Shown one piece after another: positions 49,779 through 61,035 of a DNA stretch of 64,000 nt. Source of the DNA: Chlorokybus atmophyticus (Eukaryota > Plantae > Mesostigma and Chlorokybus algae); assembly GCA_009103225.1 (NCBI GenBank), contig RHPI01002048.1, positions 409,357 through 473,356 on the forward strand, written 5' to 3'. Each line of letters begins with the position of its first letter. Within the stretch, counting starts at the first letter, position 1. Under the pieces are notes generated by a model that made no database searches, was not told where the DNA came from, and was given only the letters and a program-made list of their open reading frames with translations. A program made the position numbers and the translations under genes.

Positions 49779-52439
49779 TCAGTTCAACACCCACTCTAAC
49801 CGCCCACTATCGGGATGGACGCCGAGGGTGAAGTACTTCTCATGCATCTCCTGCACAGACGTCTCCTTGTTCTTGCACTCGAGCATGATGTCTATGGAGT
49901 ACTTGCGTGCGAGCTCAACGAGCTGAGGCGGGAAGGCCACGATGCTGTTGGAGTGGGCGCCAACACGCTCGCCCTCAGACTGCTCGCTGAAGTGGCACTT
50001 GGGCTTGAGCCCGCGGTTTGTCCACGTGCGCACCACGCGCTCGCAGAGCTCCTCGTCATAGATGTTGAACTCCTCTTGACCCATGCACTGGTGGTGGAAA
50101 TAGTCCACGCACAGCGGAATGCCAAACCTCTCGCACAAGGGGAGCAAGTCCAATGTGGAGTATATACGCTCATCGTTCTCAAAGGCAAGCCTGTCTCTTA
50201 TCCGCTTATCCATACGCTCAAGCGTGTCGGCAATGCGAGCCAATGCAGCCTTTTTGTCCCCATACGCGCCCCCGCCATGAACAATAAGTATGGAGTCCGG
50301 GCCCAGCCCCATCGCATCAGCAATGTCCGCATGCATACGCAAGTCAGCTAACGTGGACGCAAGCACAGGCGGGCTCACAGCGCCAAGCTGGTTGAAATGG
50401 TTTGGGTGGAATGTCAACCTGTGGCCATGTTGCTTTGCATAGTCCCCACACTCGCGCAGCGCCTCCCGCGCAAACTCCATGTCGTACTTCTCATGCGCGA
50501 GGGGGTTCTCCAGATGAGGGAACAAGTTGCTCGTCAACCTGAAGAAGCGAATGCCATGCTTCTCGTTCCATTCCAGCATAGAACGCAAGTCCGTCACGTT
50601 CTGCGCTGCCCTAATCATTGCTTCTTCCACTCCCTGCGCGCGCGGCAGGTCAGTTGTTGTTGGATGCCCCTTGTCCAATGAGTGTTCAACATGATTGTCT
50701 TTTTCGCAGACACGATGCAAAGATAAGAGATAAGTTACAGCTACAGCTACAGGTAAGATGCAGTACCTTTTCCCGCATATTTGCTAGTGTGATAGTCCGC
50801 GAGCAGAAGACCGGCGGCTTCAATGTGCGCAGCTCCATACACAAGCAGGCGTACCCCAGCCTCACACCGTTGCCCCGCTCCAGCATCTCGCGCGTCAACG
50901 GCACTGGCACAAGCTTCCTGAAGGCGCGTGACACGAACCCGCCATGCTCCTCTTCGCCCTTTATGATACCATAGTCCGAGGCCTTAGCGGGCTTCTTGAC
51001 CTTTCTCTTGCGCTGCTTCTTCGCGTCCTCTTCCCCCTTTACAATACCATGGTCCGAGGCGTTCACAGGCTTCTTAACCTTTCTCTTGCGCTGCTTCTTC
51101 GCGGGCTGGACCTCATCAGCATTATCACCCGCTTCTTCATCTGTCTCGGTCTCGTCATCCTCCTTCACTTCCTCCTTCACAGCAGCCTGTTGGACCATTG
51201 GGGTCACATGTACATATGAATCAATGCACACACGCACGCAAGAAGGCACGAACTCTCAAACTCACCTCTGCATCATACTTCAGTTTGCGTCTTGTGGGTG
51301 CCTGCTTCCCTCTCTGCTTGCCCTTTGCTGGCTTCACCTCAGTGATTACAGGCTTGGTGTGCACAGCCTCCTCTTCCTCCTCCTCTTTGACCACAGCGTC
51401 CACAGCCGCGGATGCCATGGCGCGCGCTCGTCGCCCGCGTGTTGGTGTGGCCGCAGAGATGGCCGGCAAAGCCACTGCCATGGACGACGTTGTTGTTGAG
51501 GTTGCTGCGGCTGCTGCGGCTGTGAGAGCCCCTTGTGTGCTGCGGCGACCTGGTGCTTTACCTGATGGCGGACGCCAGGTTACATAAACAATGTGTGTGC
51601 GTGAGTGCAAGCTGCTAGCATTTTGTTAGTGCACATGTGGGTGGGCATGTGTACGTGTGCATAGCTCCGAACTTGCAAGTATGCGAACAAGAGTGTTTAT
51701 GCAGGCGCACACGTAAATGTGAAGGGATGAGTGCAGGCGTACCAGCAGCATCAACGTCATGCTGAGCATTGTGACTGTTACCACAAACAGAGGAGGGGGG
51801 GGGGGGGGGNCCAAGTGCCAGCAGCTATACACGGATAATACTTATGGCTAACTTGCACAACTGCTTCGCGCACAATGCGCGCGAGCAGTAGCAAGGCTTG
51901 CATAGCAGCAAGATGTGATGCCTTTTGTCTGTGACTGGTGGTTGACGTCTAGTTAACAGTGATGTGACATGTTGCGTTGTGCACAAGAACGGATGTCACA
52001 CAGTCTGAATGGAAAACTCACCAACAGTTGTGTTCATGGACTGAGCCATCGCCATGTTGTTCACTGTTTTCTTCCGGTCCGTCGGATGCTCCGAGCGGAC
52101 CACTTGCATGGCCGCAGCTGACGTGCGGTGGCGCTTGTGATGGACACGTCCGCCGAGGTTGCCACCACCGTCATCGAGTAGGAAGCTATCTCCACAACCA
52201 CCGCCGGCCGCCGCCGTCGCCGAGGCGGCGGCCGCCGCCAAAGCGGAGCTCTGGCGAGCAGGCGCCATGTGAGCCACCGCCCCACGACAGGCTCTCGCAC
52301 ACGCCAACCCGCCTATCTGCGATGACCTGCTCCCCAACGACGAGGAGGACACCCTTAACCTCTCCCACACCCACGCCGCCGCCGACGCCTGCCCGCCTGA
52401 GCCCCGACGCAGCACAAGCGCCGTAGCGGCCTGGCGCAT
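49779..52439 (-). CDS. uvsE: UV-damage endonuclease (UvsE/UVDE/Uve1 family) with a long N-terminal extension
   Basis: RLGYACLC, CSRT, GIRFFRLTSNLFPH, RLTFHPNHFNQL, ILIVHGGG, RLAFENDE, VDYFHH, PKCHFSE, GAHS, DIMLECKNKE. The N-terminal exons include a transit-peptide-like segment and a duplicated KKQRKRKVKK repeat; one exon crosses the N at 51810. Confidence 0.92.
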
Positions 52440-54326
52440 ACCTCTGCTACTCCCGCCTATGGCGCTTTGTTACCACACGTTCTCTGCCGGAGAACTCTCC
52501 CGCTTACTGCACACCCTCCTGCTCCCGCCCCTGCTCCTTGCGCCTCTAGTCCTCCTCCTCAACCTCCTCGCCACCGTTGCCGTTGGGGTCACCGTGCATG
52601 CACTCATGCACAGAATCAGCAAAACAACGGCTGTGGTTTGGGACTTTGTTGCGTGCTGCAAGAGTTTCTGTTCACCGCAATCTGTTTCGGCGACGCGGCT
52701 CCTTCCCCCTGCCCTGATTCACTTCAACTGTGATTCACTTCAAGTGGCATCCAGGACAGGAGTGCCACTTCGCGCCACATCGCGCCACATGCAGATCCCG
52801 CGCTCCGATGGGGCGCTCCGATCGTCTCCGCCGCGCGCGGATCCAACGGCTACAACGCCGTTTGTTTTGGTGGTGGCAATGATGGCGCTGACGTGGCAGT
52901 GTGTGGGGGGTGGCATTGCGTAAGCATTTCATCAGGGCATTCGTGGGTGACATGTCAAGTCGAACTCAAAAGCTGCGTCGTGGGTTGATTGATGGATTTG
53001 TATGCCATACAAATGCAACATTCGGAATGTTGCAGCATGACGTCACATCAATGGGTTCACAACACCCGGGTATCACCATTGGCATCAAAGCAACAACACC
53101 AATGAATTATATATACCCATACAGCTATATCCATGCAAGTTTGCAAGTAAGTATCGTTGCTACATACACAATCCTAGAAGGCAAAAATAGTTGAGGTATT
53201 ATGCGCAACTCTTTAAGCTTGTTGGCGTGCACTTATTTAGCCAGCCCCCTTATCGTTGAATTTAATTCATATTGTATTTTGCTTATTGCGTGTGCAGATA
53301 TGATATGCTTGCTTGCGCGTGCTATTATTTGAGGACCCTCTGTTTTACTCTGTCCATGCAATGATGCAATCTAAATTGCTTATTGTTGCATACCTTACAT
53401 CAGCACTAATAAAAATCTGAATATGCTACCATATTTGTCAAGTTTGATACAGCAAAGGCTTACGCGCCAAATTGGCAATTTTTGTTAATCATACTGATTG
53501 TGCATGTTTTAATTAAAATTACTGATAAGTACTCATTTAAATGCGATTTTTAAGGTTTCAACTCCTAGTTACACCATTATTATTAAAACTAATGGCTTGG
53601 CTAGTTACAGAACAGATATAACATGTGACCCTTGTTTTATAGCAACTATTGCTATCTTAAATAGTAGCCCAATGGTTGAGGCGCCATGCTGGAAGTAGTC
53701 TACCCCGTATGCATACATGCATATGCTAAAATGGTTATACCAATAATTGTAGTATCAAGTGGCTGCAAAAGTTATGGGCATATTGATATAACATCATTTG
53801 TGTAACGGGAGCAATAATAATAGGGGTATTATTGCTACCTAAATAACACATTTTATATGAATAAGTATTTAAATATGCTTACTTATACCTCTTTTCTACG
53901 GTTCCTCGCTTATTAAAGGCTATGATGCTTTATCATAGCTTAAATAAGTCTCGATGGGTGTAGAACCGCTTATTCAAGCCTATTTAGTGTCACATTTGAT
54001 ATAATGTGATCACTATCTCGTTATGTACCTTACGATAGGTATCTTTGGATAAGTACCTTATCGATAGGTACCTTATCTGAGCTGTGATTGGCTCACGCTA
54101 GATTTCCTAACTACCCTATCTGTAGGGTCGATGTCTAATTGTGAGTTAATTATCGAGAGGTATATAGTTGATATACTCTTGATATAAAAGGTCACATCAA
54201 TCTGATGTGGGGACTTTCAGTTCTCTGCTCAGTGGCGGCCACGCCGTTGAAAGGCTTGTCATAGGCGGTGTGGGTGTTGGGGTAGAGGATTGAAGGGGCA
54301 TCACCGGCGACGGTGGTGTTGTTACA

Positions 54327-55232
54327 TTGGTATCCAGGAGCTGGGGGGTGACGTGGGTACTTATAGGGGGCGGCGACCTGCTTTCGGCCAATCAGAAGGC
54401 GTCGTCGGCGGTCTCCTATTCGTCCACGCAGCCCACGCGTCTGCAGCGTGCTGACGGTGGTCCACCTGTTCAAGCACTTGCTCGTCCTGCCGAGTTTGTT
54501 CCCAACAAGCAAGCGGCCATCTTCGACTGGCTTGTGAAGTTGCGATACTATGTCAACTCCCTTCACATTTTTGAGGAGGGGAAATTGCGTGTGGCTGAGT
54601 TGCTGATCCTAAACGATGCTCTGGCAGAGTGGTACCGCCGTAAGCGACGTGATACAAACCTCGGGCGGGAAGTAAATCAATTGTGCTTTTTCATGGAGCA
54701 GCGCTATGGTGGCGCAGATCCTGCCCAGGTTGCTCGCAATCAGCTGCACAACCTGCGTCAGAACGGACGTCCGGTTCAGCAGTATATCCAGGATTTTCAG
54801 TCGTTTGTCAGCAAGATTAATGCTGGCAAACTACCTATCAGTGATGCTGATCAGCTGGATATGTTCAGACGTGGCTTGGACACTGATCTCGTGCAGCATG
54901 TGGCCGTCAAACCCGCGAGTTTGCAAGAGTGCGCCTCGACGGATTTACCAATGCTGATGCAAATGGTTGCTGCTGTGGACAGTGTAAAGCGCTCTCACGC
55001 CAACATGCAAACCATGGCAAAGGAGGCAGCCCCGGTTTCAGCTGCAAAGCGCCCGGCCACTGACAACAAACCTTTTGTGAAAAAGGCGAAACCATTTCAT
55101 CCTGCTGGCCCCTACAATGCGGCCAAATCCATCATCACTTGCAGTTTCTGCAAGAAGACAGGTCATGGGGAGGCTAAGTGCTATGTAAAACAGAATGCAC
55201 AGAAGGCCAATCAGCAGAGAGACAAGAAATAG
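54327..55232 (+). CDS. gag: Retrotransposon Gag with CCHC zinc knuckle; no in-frame ATG before the conserved core
   Basis: ARNQLHNLRQNGRPVQQYIQDF, QLDMFRRGL, CSFCKKTGHGEAKC, then TAG. Confidence 0.88.
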   Translation: MVSRSWGVTWVLIGGGDLLSANQKASSAVSYSSTQPTRLQRADGGPPVQALARPAEFVPNKQAAIFDWLVKLRYYVNSLHIFEEGKLRVAELLILNDALAEWYRRKRRDTNLGREVNQLCFFMEQRYGGADPAQVARNQLHNLRQNGRPVQQYIQDFQSFVSKINAGKLPISDADQLDMFRRGLDTDLVQHVAVKPASLQECASTDLPMLMQMVAAVDSVKRSHANMQTMAKEAAPVSAAKRPATDNKPFVKKAKPFHPAGPYNAAKSIITCSFCKKTGHGEAKCYVKQNAQKANQQRDKK

Positions 55233-55628
55233 GAATTGTCCGTGGTTGGTAGCTTACTCGAGCAGAACGACTTTAAAACCTCTGTACTTCTTGATAAAGT
55301 TTCCTCTCTTTGTGATGTATCAGATGTATGGACTGGTATGAGCACACCACATGTGTTGAGAAATGCAAACGGTTGTGTTTTTATCAATGTTCCATTCTCT
55401 GAATTAGTAACTGCTGTTAAGCACTTACACAAGTTGCAATTACAACATGCTGTCACTGCATGTGTAGTTATCCCTCGATATCATGGCCCGTGGTCGCGAT
55501 TGTTAAAAGGGGGAGAAGTAATCATGCAACTCACACGCAAAGTTACAGGAGCTTCACCGTTGCAAGTGATCTTTATCAAGTCTGCTACCAGTCACGGCAC
55601 TCCGACATTAGCTACTGAGTGGCACTGA
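55233..55628 (+). CDS. Extra ~130-aa domain between gag and protease resembling a degenerate Dam/DIRS-type N6-adenine methyltransferase
   Basis: Same frame as gag and PR. VFINVPF (NPPF-like), then helix SELVTAVKHLHKL, strand TACVVIP and W in HGPWSRLL. Confidence 0.55.
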   Translation, partial: ELSVVGSLLEQNDFKTSVLLDKVSSLCDVSDVWTGMSTPHVLRNANGCVFINVPFSELVTAVKHLHKLQLQHAVTACVVIPRYHGPWSRLLKGGEVIMQLTRKVTGASPLQVIFIKSATSHGTPTLATEWH

Positions 55629-58600
55629 GTGACCATCAAATGTAGATTTGAGAGTCAACTTATGGGTACACCATGTACAGCATTGATTGATACTGGTGCA
55701 AACCATAACTTTGTTGAACATGCTTGGGTGAAACGTAATAACATTCCTTTCACACCAGTCACGTCATATGTACGTGCTGCTGGTTCCACTCTCAATGCAA
55801 TGGGAGAGGTAAAAGGGCGTTTTGTTATTAATGGCCATAAAACCCGACCAGCCTTCATCGTGGTGGATATTAGTATCCCCGAAGTGGATGTTGTTTTAGG
55901 GGAGCAATGGCACACTGAAGCAGGTTTACAATTAGACTCTCGAGCCAATACGTGCACCCTTCGTAAAGGGAAACGTATGATGACTTTAACAGCATCTGTA
56001 CTCGCATGTATACCTCGCGATAATGTTCCGCTCCTCTCTGCTATGCAATTGAAACGTTGCATGCGTAAACGTGAGGAAGTATACTTACTGCACTTACGAC
56101 AGGTGGAAACACCTGCTGAACAGGCTATCAGTGACCCTGTGGTGCAGTCACTTACGGAACAATACGCAGATGTATTTCAGGATGAACTCCCAGAGTTGCC
56201 TCCCGATCGAAACATACATCATACCATTCCGCTAGAGGAGGGGGCAAAGCCACCTTGGCGGCCTATATACAGGCTAAGTCCCTTAGAACACGCGGAGATG
56301 GAAAAACAGCTCAAAGAGTTATTGGACAAAGGTTTAATAACAAAGAGCATATCTCCTTTTGGTGCACCAATTTTGTTTGTGCCCAAAAAGAATGGCAAGC
56401 TACGCATGTGTATTGATTACCGTGCGTTGAACAAGGTCACCGTGAAAAACAGATACCCTTTGCCTTAGATTGATGATTTGTTTGATAAGCTGTCAGGTGC
56501 AACAGTGTTCAGCACGCTGGATTTGACCAGTGGTTATCATCAAATCAAATAACTTACCCGTCGGATATACAAAAAACTGCATTTCGCACCCCAATTGGAC
56601 ACTTTGAGTATAAAGTGTTACCATTTGGGTTAACAAATGCACCAGCTACATTTCAAACAGCAATGAACGCAATATTTGCTGATGAATTGTACAAGTTTGT
56701 ACTGGTATATCTAGATGACATTATTGTGTTCAGCAAAAACTGGGAGGACCACCACAAACATGTGGAATTGGTTCTAGCTAAGTTACGCGAACACAAATTC
56801 TATGCCAACCTGTCCAAATGCAACTTTGCAAAGGATGAACTACCCTTTTTAGGGCATGTGATTGGCAAAGAAGGATTGAAACCAGATCCTCAAAAGGTGT
56901 GTGCGGTAAAGGATTGGCCGCCACCCAAGGATGTACATCAGTTACGTGCTTTCTTGGGGCTAGCCAATTATTTCCGCAAGTTCATGCGAGCATATTCTGG
57001 CATGGCAAATTCTTTAACATCTTTACTAAGAAAAGATGTTAAATTTGTGTGGACGGAGGCACACGAGGTTGCTTTTACACGCATTAAAGATGCATTAACA
57101 CAAGCCCCTGTGTTAGCCTTCCCCGACCACCAAGCCTTTTGTGGTGATTAGCGATGCTTCCACCATTGGGTGTGGGGCAGTCCTTCTACAAGATGACAGA
57201 CCATGTGCATATGAAAGCAGAAAGTTCATTCCTGCTGAACGTACACAACCACTGAGCAGGAATTGCTTGGGGTGGTGCACGCGCTGCGCACATGGCGTTG
57301 CTACTTGGAAGGGGTGGAGTTTTCAGTGATTACTGATCACAACCCGCTCACATTCTTTCATACGCAACAAAATCTGTCGAGGCGGCAAGCTAGGTGGAAT
57401 GAATTCATTTCTCATTTCACTTTTACTTGGCAATACCGTCCGGGTCGCACCAATGTGGCGGATCCACTAAGTCGCAGCCCTGCTCTTTTTGCACTTACGC
57501 GCTCTCGAAATACGCGTAATGTACAACAGCCTCGATCCTTTCTTAAAAGAAGTGTCCACAGGTTATAACTCAGATGATTGGTTTAGCAGTCAAACCAACT
57601 TGCAACAGCTTACTGCTGTTAGCAATCTGTGGTATAAAGGGGAGCAGTTGGCAATTCCCAACTCGGGCGACTTGCGTAAGCAATGCTTACATTCAGTGCA
57701 TGACCCGCCGTATGCTGGGCATTTGGGGAAACACAAAACACTCAAATCTGCGCAACAGTTATACTGGTGGCCGTCAATGTCAGCTGACGTGGATCAATAT
57801 GTTCGCACATGTGACGTGTGTCAACGTAATAAGCCACTACGACAAAAACAAGCGGGATTGCTTAAACCATTGGCAATTCCAGAACAAAAGTGGGATAGTG
57901 TCAGTATGGATTTGATTACTGACCTACCTGAAACAGCAGCTAAATACACTGCTATTGTGGTTTTTGTCGACCGTTTGACTAAAATGGTGCATTTTGCCCC
58001 GTGTTGCACAACTGTAAGTGCACGGGACTTGGCACACTTATTTGTGTCCACGGTCTTTCGCGTTCACGGTATACCGCGTGAACTTGTCACAGATCGTGAT
58101 CCTCGTTTTGTCTCCAAGTTTTGGCGAGAAGTCTGTGAATTGTTGGGGGTAAAACAAAGCATGTCGACTGCTTTCCACCCGCAAACGGACGGTCAAACTG
58201 AGCGAGCAAATCAAATACTGGAAGAAATGCTTCGCCACTATGTGGCTCCTAATCATGCTGATTGGGACAGGTACTTGCCAATGGCAGAGTTCGCTGTGAA
58301 CAACGCGTGGCAAGAAAGTGTAAAGGAAACCCCATTTTTCTTGAATTATGGGATTCGCCCAAACACACCAGCGTCATTGCGTGTACCTCGCCATGCCGTG
58401 ACTGTGCCAGCGGCAAAGGAATTTGCCACTTATATGCAAGAAAATTTGGCTCGAGCCAAGCTGTGTCTGTCAGAAGCACAGGATCGGCAAAAAGCTTATG
58501 CTGTTACACATCGAAAAATGGCCACTTTCGATGTCGGCGATAAAGTTTTGCTTAATGCAAAAAACATAACCATCAAAGGTACGGGTGCTCGCAAGTTGCT

Positions 58601-58955
58601 GCCCCGATGGTTAGGTCCTTTCTCTATCACTGATAGAGTTGGTACGCACGCTTATCGACTGCAATTGCCCCCAAGTGTGCGTATACACAACGTGTTTCAT
58701 GTAAACTTGTTGAAACCTTACCGCTCAGACGGTAGAACACAGCCTCCACCACCGCCAGTTGAGGTGGACAGCGAGCTCGAATACGAGGTGGAAGCTATAT
58801 TGAACCATAAGCTAAATGGTCGAGGACGCGCAACTCGCTATTTGGTGAAATGGAAAGGGTATGGCCCGGAACATAACAGTTGGGAGCCCGACAGGCATCT
58901 TACGCACTGCCGCGAGTTGCTTCGAGCTTATTGGGATTCATGTCCTGTCCCATAA
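55629..58955 (+). pseudogene. pol: Disrupted pol: protease, RT, RNase H, integrase, chromodomain
   Basis: LIDTGA (PR); [24 protein letters not shown] (RT); DAS, YESRK, TDH, NVADPLSR (RH); HDPPYAGH..CDVCQ, MDLI, DRD..F, TDGQTER, WLGPF (IN); EYEVEAIL..YLVKWKGY..NSWEP (chromo). One in-frame TAG and about 4 frameshifts. Confidence 0.95.
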
Positions 58956-61035
58956 ACTGTGGGCTTGGTTTTATGACAGACTGGCAGTGCAGTTTCATCA
59001 CCACCTGTCATTTCCTGCTATCTCACTGGTTACAATTACTCGAAATCAAGCCTGATCAACTTGAGTTCAACGAGGACGTTGAAAACCTAAGTGGGGGGGA
59101 ATGTAACGGGAGCAATAATAATAGGGGTATTATTGCTACCTGAATAACACATTTTGTATGAATAAGTATTTAAATATGCTTATTTATACCTCTTTTCTAC
59201 GGTTCCTCGCTTATTAAAGGCTATGATGCTTTATCATAGCTTAAATAAGTCCCAATGGGTGTAGAACCGCTTATTCAAGCCTATTTAGTGTCACATTTGA
59301 TATAATGTGATCACTATCTCGTTATGTACCTTACGATAGGTATCTTTGGATAAGTACCTTATCGATAGGTACCTTATCTGAGCTGTGATTGGCTCACGCT
59401 AGTTGTCCTAACTACCCTACCTGTAGGGTCGATGTCTAGTTGTGAGTTAATTATCGAGAGGTATATAGTTGATATACTCTTGATATAAAAGGTCACATCA
59501 ATCTGATGTGGGGACTTTCAGTTCTCTGCTCAGTGGCGGCCACGCCGTTGAAAGGCTTGTCATAGGCGGTGTGGGTGTTGGGGTAGAGGATTGAAGGGGC
59601 ATCACCGGCGACGGTGGTGTTGTTACAATTTGTATTGAATTGAAATGCAAGATTTTTCACGTAATGTTAAATAGCGTCTCCACGATATGCAACGATTATA
59701 GTATAATAAACTTGTAATGATGCAATGAATAGCCGTGATGCAAACAAGTCGTATCATTTATTGTGACGCATTTAGTCAGCAATAAAGCATCAATTTTGCG
59801 TTATAATGCTATAATATCACATTCAATTTACTTTTTTGCGTGTCACATCGTAAGCCCCTTTGTCCTTACATAGCATGCTTTGTAAAATATGATGTAGTGT
59901 ACTTTATACACGTGTTATAAATGTTACAATTTACATCATGCAGCATGAATTCAACAAACATTCGTGCACATGCACATACAACGGCATGACCCCTATCTAA
60001 GCAAGTGACGTTATTTGCTCATAAGTTGTACAACAACAACATTTTACAACAAAAACAAAGTCAACAGCCTGGCTTGCATTGAATGCAACAACTACTACTA
60101 CAAGGCCCTTGTGATAATTGTGCATGACTACAATAGTATTGCATTGTCCATTGTGCATGCCGTGAAGTTCAGTTGTTATCGGCGTGACACATGTTGTACT
60201 TAAATGATATTATGCTTATACCACCGAGTGCATCTTCACACCCCAAGGCATCCAATGGACGCAAGGTCAATGGCCATTATGACGTTTATGCTGTTAGCTA
60301 TGTGTCATGTGATGACTCGGGAATGTTATACATATTATGGGATGTTATACGCCCGTAGTCCTCAAAAATGTTACGAACATTGATATATAGCAAACATAGG
60401 AATTGCAAGCTAGTAATTCAAGCGCAGGGGCACAATGCAAAGCAAGCAAACACACGGCACAACGCAAAAATGTCACGGGGGGCCAAGGTAGAGTTGTAGC
60501 GATCTCTATCGCAACTAATACATATCTTTCGTGCAAACCGTCTCGTTAAAAGCATGGAGTAGCATGTGCAGGTTGTGCTTCACCCTCCCACCGCGCCTAT
60601 GATGTGCACGTTGTGCACACCCTCTCTTGCTGCCTGCTCCTTGCCTGCCTCTGCCTGCTTGAGGGTCCGGTCTAGGCCTAGGTCTAGGTCGAGGTAGTGT
60701 CATAGCTCAAACGGCTTTGTATTGAAAAGCTTTGGCTTGGCCCCCGTCTAACTGAGTGTGTTGTGTGTGTTTGCTGTGAGCTTGCTGCTTGTGCACATTC
60801 ATTCGAATGTCCAAACGAGTGTGCTTCGCGCAACTCTTGAGCGTGTAATGTGCTCGGGCGAATCGCCATAAGTTCTCGATGAGGAACACTGCTTCCTAAG
60901 CATGCAGGACTGCAATCCGGACTGTGTATAACCACAAAGTCGGCTGCTACAATGGCATTGCGCTTGCCATTATGCAAGTGGGAGCTTCACATCGCTTGAA
61001 ACTGCAATACGCTTTGCTGTGCAAGCACAACACAA

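Larger units (their letters stand above)
53801..59627 (+). mobile_element. Full-length Ty3/gypsy chromovirus, inactivated
   Basis: 526-bp LTRs at 53801-54326 and 59102-59627 (TG...CA; 9 substitutions counted). TSD ATTTG on both sides. PBS-like TGGTATCCAGGAGC and PPT AAGTGGGGGGGAA. Domain order gag-(extra domain)-PR-RT-RH-IN-chromo. Confidence 0.97.
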
